Origin: Ylistrum balloti
Taxonomy: Eukaryota
Length of the DNA: 64,000 nucleotides
NCBI RefSeq assembly: GCF_031769215.1
Contig: NW_026782212.1
Span: 496,001-560,000 of the forward strand
Direction: 5' to 3'
The position numbers and the translations under genes were made by a program. Position 1 is the stretch's first letter. The number at the start of each line of letters is the position of its first letter. Below are positions 25,001-37,000 of the stretch, piece by piece. The notes under the pieces were generated by a model. The model was given only the letters and a program-made list of their open reading frames with translations, had not been told where the DNA came from and made no database searches.

Positions 25001-28000
25001 TAATTGTATTATGTTTATTTGGGAAAATATTAATTCATCTAAGTATTTTAAGATTATTCGTTTCATTACTAATAGCATAATGTAGTGAATATTTGGAGGG
25101 ATTCGAAATGAAGTCCAAGAACCAGCCTTGATTTCAGTTAAGAGAGAACCAGAATTAGATAAATATTGCGACGAGTTTAGGTTATATAAATGAATTATTA
25201 CCTTGTCTTCCCGTGCATTTTTCCTTGCTTTGTAAATGAATTCACATATTGCCACAAAAACACCTGCTGCCATTCCACCAATAAGAACGACGAACACACC
25301 ACCCACGTGCTTCACACCAAGAGCACTTGTTTTCTTGGCCTCCACAGTTAGACACTTCCCACCACCGTACTTCTCTTTCCACCACGTATTGTAAATTTTG
25401 TGTATTTCCTGTTCCTCTTGTAGTTTTAGAATCGCATTAGAAATAGGATCTCTGTACGGTGAATCTACGAGGGAAAATGAATGTAGATCGAGTTTGAAAA
25501 AGGATCTCTTTAGGATGAATCTATAGGGAAAATTAATGTAGATGTAGATCGAGAACATAGGAAAGCAATTATAACACAAATAAACCTATGGACACAAGAT
25601 AAATAATGAGATTTTCATTAATTTCAATATTGATTATAGATAAATGTGGATCGTCTCAAGTATATATGTGTTTATGTATATATCTACTGTTAAAAAATGC
25701 TGATATGTAACTCTAAAACAATAAATGCAAATCATCACATCAAAAACGAGGTTACTCATATTTGCATTAGAATATACATATACATTATTTCTTAAAAAAA
25801 TCCTATATTGACAATTTACGATAATTCGATGACAATGCGGTTAGTACACTTCTCTCTCTCCACATCTCAGTCAGTTTCAAAATTTTTAACTTGTCTTTTA
25901 CAGTTCCACAATTTACGTCAACAGCATCATAAAAAAATATTCCTGTAATGCTACGGCAGTTTATTGGGTATATAAAGTGTTATCATCGAAAGGTGTTATC
26001 GTGTACGAAGGGAAGCAGTATATTACTAGTAAGGGTACTTTTTAACTTTTGCGATTTGTAAGGTGCCTTTACCTCTTGGTAAAGCGATGCCGTATCCTTT
26101 AGAGTCCAGCCAACCTCCAACCTGCATCAATGAGCACTCCCTTTCAATTTCATACTCGACTTTAGTAGATTCGGCAAAGAAAGCATATTGTCCTTTCTTC
26201 ACGCGTGCTATTCCTTGCTCAGATTCGTTGACATAAACACTCGGTTCTGTTGATTGCATAAAGTTCCACATTCTCTGATAGATTGGGAATTTTGAGTTCT
26301 GAAAATAGGAAACGATATATATTATTTCCCCGGAATACAGTTCGAACGCGATGTTCATAGTAACACGAAATCACTCATGCCTGCATGTTTTATCAATGTA
26401 CTTTGCAATAGGAATAAATGGATCACATACTGCGAAAAAGTTCTTCGTGCTGCCATCATCCAGGGTTCCGTATTTGATCTTTGTCTGTTTCGCAAGATCC
26501 TCGACGCTACTGATATCGGATACCATTCGTTCGACAGTGAGGAAAGCAGCCAAGTTAGCGGTATATGAGGATATCATGATCAACGTGAAGAACCACCAAA
26601 TACCTGCTACAAGTCGAGTGGATATCGCACAGGGCGCGATTTCACAACCTAAGAAAGTAAATGTTGTTTCAGCAAGAAATCTTTGTAATGGATTAACAGC
26701 CTAATATACTACAATTTACCTACTTTTGTAGTTCATAATAAATTTGCAATATGAATATAAAAATAATCTTTAACAGACGGATAATCCAATATATAAAATT
26801 TCAGACATTTGACAAAATATTCGTGATCCTTCTGAATTTTGCAAGTTTGCTTCAAGGAATTGTTGCAGGTCATGAAGCACGCTATTCCTTATTCCATGTA
26901 TTATCATATGTAAAGTCGAGTGAACAATGAGATAAATAACACATAGCCATTAGATTTACCTTGCTGCATAAGGGATCCAATGGTGAACCAAAGACTATTG
27001 AGGATGGAGAACTGGTTTTCTACCACATCTGTGTCTGGGTTACAAGGATGAGGATTGCACCACTCGTATGGAGTGAACCGAGCAATCACAAACAGCATGA
27101 AGCTCACGCACAAGTAGCCGGCACACATGTACACCCAAACGTCTATGGAAAGTGGATCTAGGAAGGAGAATAGCTTTGGCGGCTCCGGTTCTGGTTTCTT
27201 ATAGAGAATGGTAATACCCAGATTTAGAAAAGGTTTGGTGAAGTCTATGACCTGTTCTCTGTCCCAAGTAATGGTCATTCCCGCTACAGCCAATTCAGCC
27301 CTCTGGAATTTATATTGACACAATAACTTATTGTAAGGAAAACACGATCAATATAGACAATATCAGCATGCAAATTTTAAGTTAAAATAGAAATGTGTAT
27401 TACTTGTAGGAAGTCCTTAACGTAATATATTGAATCTATTATCATTGAGTCGACATACTGAAACCGGTTCAGGTAAACTAAAACAAGGACACAAGTTGTA
27501 ATGTGATTCAGTATAACGTGATTGTATGCAGAACTGCTGGTGATGATTTACCCGTTCGACCAATTCTTTGACCATGCCAGTGCAATCCTTGAACCCCGTC
27601 TTACAGTTGCCGTACTGTTGTGTCGGTTCAATGGTGTAGCTAAAATTCAACCTCTCTGCAATTTTGTCCAGTAAATCAATACAGAAGCCTTCGTATTTCT
27701 TGGAGGGATATGGCCTATCATCGGGGGGAATCTCGAGTACGTATGGCGTGTCCTTTATAAATAATAAATGGTGGATGGAAAAACTGATAAGCTAATTTAT
27801 TACAAAATTACGACAATAAAATAAAAAATAAAATTGACATGAAACATGTAGGATATTCTGATAAAACACGCATATAAATTTTAATGATAGAAAATATAAC
27901 TAGATTTTTCTTCTTCTAATTTACTTACCATTAACATAATTATTGTTCAATAAAAATTAGTTACCACCTAGGAATTTAAACAACTTGATTTTGGTAATCG

Positions 28001-31000
28001 TTTCTGACCAGTATCCGTTTACATCTTTATTTTGTTTCATGTTATCACAGCAAACTATATTTGAATTAACGAACAAAAAACTTCACCTGTACCATGAAGT
28101 CCGGCTTTGGCTTTTGTATTTAATGACCGGCTTCGCGTTCAAATGTCACAATGATATATAGTAAAATATGAACTGTCGCGTTGTTTCGATCACCTCAGCC
28201 GCATAAAATTAGTTCCTAACATTTACGTATGCAAACATTTGAAATTTGAATGTAATGTCAGTGCAGTGCACACCGCCTGAGACTGTACAAATAAATAACA
28301 ACTTATATCATAAGTGTGAAGTCTATGAGGCAACTGAGAAAGAAGGAAAATCTAAAGTGATTGAAAGATGTATATGGCGAGGAGCACAAGCCATATAATT
28401 CAGTATAAAGTGATTAAGGTTGATTTCTAATTTTTCATTAATTGTTTTGCTGTTAAAAAGTTATTTTCCATATTGAATTATATGTGTATTTGACATTAAC
28501 ATTGAGACTAAGGTCATAGTGACCCTAGTTGATGCAATGTATATCGCCTTAAAATATATCATCTATTAAAATAATACAGAAAATGGTAGTATATGTAGAA
28601 GAAAACTGGTATATATGCTTCCTTTAAATGACAAATATTGACAGTGCAAGAAAAGTTTTGTGTTCATCGCATCTGTCAAAAACACAAAATAACTTCTACA
28701 TCAAATAAGCAACTTGAGCATACTGTCCATGGCAACATCAGCCCGTGGGTATAAACCACACTTGTGCAGGTGTTATGTACATTTCAAGTAATGCAGTTCG
28801 CAATTGTGCAGGGATACGCACATCGTTTCATGATTTTAAGTTGGATTGAAGGAAGATATAACAGTCATGATTACAGAACTACTTACAACGACAGTAACAA
28901 CACGCAGTGTCTTGTTTGACATTTCCTGTAGCACCTCGTTTTGTCTCTCCTTATAGGATTTGGTTATATTCACTCCGTCTCGTGGGTTCCATTCACCCAC
29001 CTTAAACATTACAATACAACATTCTCTATAAAAACATCAAACTTTATGCTGTGCAGTTTAGCTCACTTAAACTCCTTAATTGCAAGAAATAAATATGCCC
29101 TAATTTATACCAGCATTTCAATAATCTAAATAATGTCAGTTCCTTTCTTTCCTAATTGTTATGCATTGATGTACTTGACACACATGATTCCTGTAAATTC
29201 TCATCTTAACATCCACAATTACCACAGTAAAGTTTCAACAAAGAACATTTGGCGTACTAGTATGACAATGCTGTCTTGTTAATAAACTAGTTGAATGCTG
29301 CATTGTTAGGTTTTTTCAACCGTTATAACAACATACTAATCGCGATTAATTTGTAATGGAATGAAAATTTTAAAACATCTTTATTTACCTTCTGTAAACC
29401 ATTCATTGTCAATTCCACAATATCCAATTGAAAATCGGTGCGCTTCCTGCCGTTCTGGTAGTGGACACGACCTGTTAGCCCTTCGAAGTCCATCTATCCG
29501 ATATATCATAAAACAAATGAATGAAAACCGGAAATTCTTCAACATTCATCGTATATCACCAATATACAGAATGCATTTTGTGTCCGATTATCATGCAATA
29601 GTTGAAGTAAATGAAGACTTGTCCATATAGACGTGATGTTGCCTGTATATATGTTTACTTTAATAAAACATTCAATAGGTTTCATAAATGTGTCGTTGTA
29701 TTTATATTGTCACCTTCGCCTTCTTTTTTATATCGTACTGATACAAAATGCAAGCTCGATTTATTGCGTAGGTAGATGCTTAATTAACATTTCTCATCAG
29801 ATAAAACAAAAGTCATTGCGCATGGGAGTACTTGGAATAAACGATAACATAAGAACAAAGATAAGACAAGTACATTTATCAGAATTCTTAAATGATCAGC
29901 GATCTGATATACATAACTATTCATTTGTGTAAATATATAAATGATATACCGCTCTCATGTAGTTGAGGAGACTGATGCCGTCGTTCCAAGGTTGGGGTTT
30001 GCTACAGGACAGAGACACGGTCTTAACACTCTGGAATTTGATGAGCTCGTGCAGGGCACGGGCGAAAAGGTGGGCGGCATCGTACATGAGGGCTGTATCA
30101 GTCTGTTAAAAGATATAGCCGTTATTGTATTTGTCGTGAAAAAAATAGCATAGAATTATCTATAATTACTCAACAAGACAAATCAATATAATCATTTGTA
30201 AAATCAAACACAGAAATGATTAATGTTTTACCTGTACAAAAATAAACAGTATACAGTGTTCACATGAACTACTTAGATAAGCAGCATATATCAATTAAAA
30301 GTTACATACAAGTAAATTACAATCATTCTTAGAAAATACGTCGAATTCAGGGAAACGTAATAGATACCAGAAAGGCAAACACGTAGTAATCGTGTTTGCG
30401 TATGCAATAGCAGTTACGGGAAGATACTATAATAAACGACCACACAGCTTAACTTGGTTATGAATTTATGTAAATATCAATGCATGTTTTGCAAGTTTCT
30501 AAAGAACTTAACAGTTTCAACAGGCTCCGTTAAAACTAATTTAATTAGACGGCATAGATATATCACAAAGAGAGATATATCCTAAGGGTGGAAACATATA
30601 GGATCTTAATTTGAATTAACCAGATATTCCTCAAAAGAGAAAGATGTTTTTTCCCATTTGAGTGAACAAAAGGAGTTCGTTTTGACAAACACATTCGAGT
30701 ATGATACTTTTGACACATCTTTTGGTACAGAATAAAAAAAAAACAATATTTTTTCTCTGTCAGCCTTGAATTCTTCTCCGGCCTATATCTCTAAATAGAG
30801 TTGTGATGTTTCTATTCTGCGAGTATGAGACGTCATTTCATGATCTTGACGTCGTAATAGGACATGTCTTCATATGCAAATAAATAACAGGGTCATGTTT
30901 ACTGAAAGAATGACACGTGGATGGATATAAAGATATCACAGAGAAACATGTAAACATCGTATCAATGTCAATTACTATCCGTAACAGTTATCTCATATAC

Positions 31001-34000
31001 AATAATATACATGTGGCAATCTTTGTAAAAATGATTCAGTATATTAAGTTGACGGAGGTAAATTAGAACTGCAAATGAAGAAACAGAGGAAACAAGCAAT
31101 GGGAAAAATAATCAAAACGATATCAAAAATAACAAAGAAGTGAATAGCATCAAATTAATCTGCCGACATATTAAAAACGAATATGCCATTCGATGTATCA
31201 GGATCATCATTCACTCCCATTATTTCCATAATAAGCATGCATTGACTGGAACGGAATCATAATATCCTCTAGCAGAACAATTAATCAGTGCTGTATCTTG
31301 TGTAATATCCAGCATCAGTTTATAACTGGCATTGGTTACCTTCAATATTGTATACTTTCATTACTGGCTTTGTGATTTGTGCGCATGCGCGTGCGTGCAT
31401 TTCCTAAATTATCGTTTTGAAACCTAACAACAAACACAACTGAAGATGATAAAAAGTTAATATAAACGTGTTCGATCTTAAAATGTAGATGACTATATCG
31501 GTTGAAGAAGGACAAAACATGAAGAGAGCGATGGACTAACAAGTCACACTATACAACACAATAGTATGCAGTGAAAGGAGAAGGGTCCAATTATATAGAT
31601 TAAGGTCGCCTCCCGTGGGTTGTCTGGCACGACCAACCTACCATCATTACGTTAGTACGATTTTCGAGGCTTAAGAAACTTCTCTGCATTCCAAAGGCAA
31701 GCATAAATAGAAATTCAAAGACAGTATGACAGTGTACTTGTAACTTAGATACAGCAGAAATGCACGTGCATAGTCATATGTTAATCAGAGTAATTCAATG
31801 ATACAGCTCAAAACATCTTGCGAAATCATTTTTTTTCAAACAGGTTTCAATATAGTTTCATTATTCAAACAAAGCAATGTTTATGTTCATGTACTTTCGA
31901 CTATTTGCAAGCACATGGTGATTTAGTAAGAGGTTAGCTGTAATCGCATCTTGTTAAAAACATGTTTAAATAGAAATATCTAAGGGCTTTCGAAGTTCAC
32001 AACTATAATTTCAGCACTAGGGAGTGGATTTTTGTATGACCTTTCGTGATAATTCTGTATTAACATAATGTAAAACAAATTTCTAACGAAGGTAACAGCA
32101 TCAAAATCAACATCAGCAATAATACATAAACAGTGCCTTTAAAAGGCATTATCTGTTATACAAATAAAAAAGTAAATGAAATGAGAAAAAAAAGTAAACA
32201 TACTTTTCTGCTATCTCGGTGAAACGAGTACAGGTGTTTTTGAAAAATATCAGCGTATTGAGGTACTTGTCGAAGCAATGTACACAATATGCATAACATT
32301 TATACACGTCTGAGTATGTGTTTGATGACTTAGGCATTTCATAATACAGTTATCCGCGTTTATTTTGTAACTGGAGAGAGCGTATATTCCGCAACATACG
32401 TGTACACACTAACTGTCTACAAAGACTTATATGGGATAGAGCCATGGACAGAAAATGGATTATAAAGGTGGTGTTTACGACGATGAAGAAGCTAGAATGT
32501 TCAAACATATTTTATACTAATTCTTGTATGGCGATGCTACTGTGTAACCTTACCCAGGACAGTAGCACAGCACCAAATCATAAACTCCCAACGCAATAAG
32601 AATATTGAAAGTTGAAGTTGCCTCCCTTTATAACAAATGAAAAGCATTTACAGTGATAAATATAAGCATTGAAATGTTTTGAATTGGCATTGATGGGCAA
32701 AATAAATGCCATCGGAAAACAATTCAATTCTTAAGTTATTGCAAGTACCATCCAAACTCCCACCAAATAAATATGTACAGAATTGTACTTATGCATTTAT
32801 CCGCTTATGACTGTACATGTGCAAAGATCTGAAAAATCGCATCATTAATATAGATGCATGCTTGTAAATCTATGATATAAGAAAAGCATGCAATATCTCT
32901 TAACACCAACCCCTTTGTAAACCTTTCAAGACAATTATCTAATACAATTGACAGCGTGTTTAAGCCACCATTCCTTGAATAACATACCGGAATCTGGCGT
33001 TGGCCTTGGAGAGGAGAGGGTCGTGAGTTTATCTCTTCAAATATCCAGTCCTCAGTAACGGACATAACTTTTGGCCGAGAAGGATCTACTATACGCATAG
33101 CTGATATATTGGCGCCGCCATATTTATAGTCCTCCAGATCAACAAGACCCACATCCTGTATCACACATAAAATATTTATTCATTTTTGAGAAACAACAAA
33201 AGAGAAATAATCATAATGTGAATATTGTTTTTATCAATGGGCGTAACAACAGCCTGCAAATTCAATATATAAGATAAGATATACATTTAAACGTAGTTCT
33301 TAGTTGCTTATGCAATTCAATACCATGGTGATGTAGAGTGTTGGGTACAGAGCCAAGATAGCAGTTTGTTATTCAGATTAACAGATAAACATATGAACTT
33401 CCGTTCAATCATTGAACATTTGTTACACTTCATTCAATAAACGTTAGCAAATTATAACCATCTTCCTGATGACGGAGGTCTATGATTTCAATGCTTCTGG
33501 GTAGATATGTTGGTCTTTGCTTTACATAGTATTGATGATGTATAAATGAATCCCGGATTTCCCTTTGATTTCCGTTTCTATTTCATTTCTGTTAAACATA
33601 TTACTGGACGGCACCATACTTTAATGTGATATACTTTGAACACATTTAGCTAACGCTTGCTATATTGTTCCTTTCGAATGCACTCACCAAACTTGTAAAG
33701 AGGTAGTGAAATGTTTCAGAGCACATGTTGACCTTTTGAGCCTGAAACAGAAAAAGTTGAGAGTTCTTATTGCGTTAAAAAGAAACCAGTACAACGCCAT
33801 TATTAAATACACATATGCAGTTAGATTACAAGTTAAACAAGAATGGAATTTAATTTCGGAATTTTTCAAAAGGCATCATCGAAAAATAAAGCATTGTACT
33901 CTCACGTGTGTATGAATTTCTTACTCATAACCAATGAATGTAATATGTCAAAATGATTACAATTTCTAAGGTAAGACTATACCTGTTCTAGAATTTTGTC

Positions 34001-37000
34001 AACTTTGGATACATCACAGTCGACAATGATCCTGTTATCGCCTTGCATTGGATTAGAGATTAGTTCTTTGAACATATAGACATAGTTTTCAACAATAGGG
34101 TCGAGTTTACGGACGGTGACCTTCATATCTGTACCCTTTGTGGCCTTTAGCACTTCCTGTAATCTAACTAATCCTGAAATAGAAAAAAAGTATTTTGATA
34201 CGTCATATGGTATTTAGTAACGTTTATGATATGAAATACTGTATGATTATGATGACAAAAAATAAATGTAACAGTATATAGTAATAATATATCGATATGC
34301 AAAATATGTAATTTCAATGAGCACCATTGCAACACAAACAAAACGAAAATCATCAATTTAAAAATAAAGAATTTGAAAAGGGTTTAATCGAAATCATATA
34401 TGATGAAGTCACTTGCTTTCACACGCATAACGTATAGCCAGTTATTTTCGCTGAGACAATGTTTTCACTATTTCGCGGTACATCATCGTGTGTATTCGAT
34501 GTCATCTTAGATCCAGATCGCAAAATTGTAATTCGTCAAAATATCATTTAGTGGTTGTGATGCAAATCGTGAAAATTTTACTGATAATTTTAGGCAGTAA
34601 GTTCGAGTGAGCAAAGAATAGTTTCATCATGAATTAATTAATGACAAATAATGTGTTATTCATACACAACACTTTAAACGAACTAAAAAAATTAGGGTTT
34701 TACCATCATTATCCTCATATAGCACCGTGAATGACGTCCATCCCCAATATTCAATGAGAGCCTTGTACGCCTTACTTAGGGTCAGGTAGTCAGGGTACAG
34801 GCTAATGGAATAGTACTCTCGGTTGTCGCGGGAGTCCCAGTGGGCCTGGATATGGGGAATGGACAGAGAATTACAGATGGACTGGACGTGTCCAGCGGAT
34901 ATTGTGGACACGGGTCCAAACATAGCCGCTATCCCTGTCTTTACCTCCCGACATACTGAAATAGAAGAAAAAGTTCCTTTTTAGAACTTGAACATGACAG
35001 CCTCTATCAGAAATGAAATAGTTAGGTCCTTCTCAAAACACACCACAAAAATGGCAGATGCAGCAATACAATGAGTTGTCGTGATCTACAATTCATGTAA
35101 CAATTTGTTTTTGTGTTCTTTTATAACAATGAAATTTACAACTCCCGTTTTAAGTCAGTAAATTACTTATCATATTCGTTGAGTTTGTGTACTTTAAAAC
35201 TACGATCTAACAGTAGCGTAATAATGATACACTGTTCATCGTTTTAAGGTCATCGTGTTTCTAGTTTGTGTATTTGTTTCGCTGAAGTGGAACATATATT
35301 TCTACGTCACTTAAAATGAAATTTGCTCTTCTTTACGATATAATCAATTTAGGCTGACAGTTTCAGCGTCCGAAATTCAGCTCATGAAATGTTTGAATCC
35401 ACCAATCTTTTTCAAATATGATTATTGCAAAGATGTCCGGAGGAAAGTATGATCGATTAGACATGTCTATATACAATTATAGACTGCAAGAATGGTTGCA
35501 ACTCATTATGCCTTGAAAAAGTACAATATCTTATTTGGTTTCAGAAATATATCTTACATCTTCCTTTCTATGCGTTATCTTAATGCTTCTTTGGCTGAAA
35601 ATCATATTAATCAGATATGATCGGCGCTATACCTTTAACCAACATGGTTGCTTCTAGAGGAAATCTTGACACGAAACATCATCAAATTCCTTGTGCACAT
35701 TTATCTTTTCATCGTTAGTATAAAGGCGTGAAACTATTTGAATTCATTGTTTGAATACAGATTGGCATATATATCATGTACATGTTTAATTCACCCAAAG
35801 TCAACTTAAGATAACAGGAAAATAACATTATGTCAACATAATCATAATCCAAATCAAATTTCATAAAACTAGGGCAACATATTAACAATACAATACTTTA
35901 AAGGACAAGGAGAGTAAGACCAGTTGTTTAGGAATAGAAAGCATCTTCTGCTTCATCGACGAAACCCGCTATGTAAACCTTGGTCAGTAATGTCATGTTC
36001 TCAACTAAGAACAAGTTATACAACAACGGAACCAACAGGCAAACTAACGAGCACCAAAACACGTCCAACTTCAAATCGTACAAACAAATAGAATGTTTCT
36101 AAATTATCTCCATAATTTTCACCAACCTGCATCAAGACTAGCTCAGATTTACGCTGCAACACAAATTCTCCGATAAAATGTAGAACGTATTAAAACATAT
36201 ACCAAACCTTCAATTGACCTCGTGTTACATATCTTCTGTATAAGAAATTGCAGGCATCAAGACATTACTATTCATTGAGGGACCAGACGGCCCGATAAAA
36301 AATCGGAAGATCAACACTTCAAATATTGTGTAATAAAGACAAGACCAGTACTCTGTACCTCTGGTGAAACATAACAGAGATACCGTGTTATAGTGTGGTA
36401 TATAAGAGGGTCAATCGGTACAAATAATTCTATTCTCATAAGCATGTCACATAGGTGTAACATCGATCAAAGTCGAACTTTATGGTATATAATTGTACAG
36501 ACTAATAAATATACTTCATGTTGAATACTATCCTCTTATCTCAAGCCGAGAGATGCACTTAGAACAGCATTTACTGTACTCAAGTGCAGTGAACATATCA
36601 AATGGAACCCGACAACTTTTCACGACATAGTCTGGTCTTGTATGTAATCCCGATAAAATATGTCCCTTTGGAATGCAAATGTCTGGTCTATAGCGTGCTT
36701 CTGTAATATTAGCATTTACTGGATATGAGATACAGTATAGACCAAAACGCCTTTAGAACTTATGAAGAACCAAACAAGAGATTAAAATATTTGATAAACA
36801 TAACAAAAAAGAATTGAGAACGAATATTCACGAATACAATTGTAAAAGATTGCCAAGGGGAAAAGTAATAAATCAAATTGGCAATCAGCGCGTCTCGGTC
36901 ATATGAGACAAAATGTAATGATAAATATCTAATATCATATCAACGTTACAAACAATATTATCGTCTCCCTTGTTGAATGCTCACCTACTGGCACTTAGAA

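Noticed and set aside
25900-26100. R/G-site-type hairpin at the exon 13 donor (AGA G|gt)
   Set aside because: Only a 7-bp complement (TGCCGTA) was found, and it does not cover the AGA codon. This junction is also not the AMPA R/G position.
26299-26430. Retention of the 132-nt (3n) intron 12 giving a longer protein
   Set aside because: There is an in-frame TGA after 19 codons, so retention would only truncate the protein.
27929-27967. 39-nt stop-containing exon candidate between exons 9 and 10
   Set aside because: Strong donor but weak acceptor, and AT-rich non-coding composition.
28723-28736. RFX X-box-like CTGTCCATGGCAAC
   Set aside because: Imperfect left half, deep intronic, with no supporting context.
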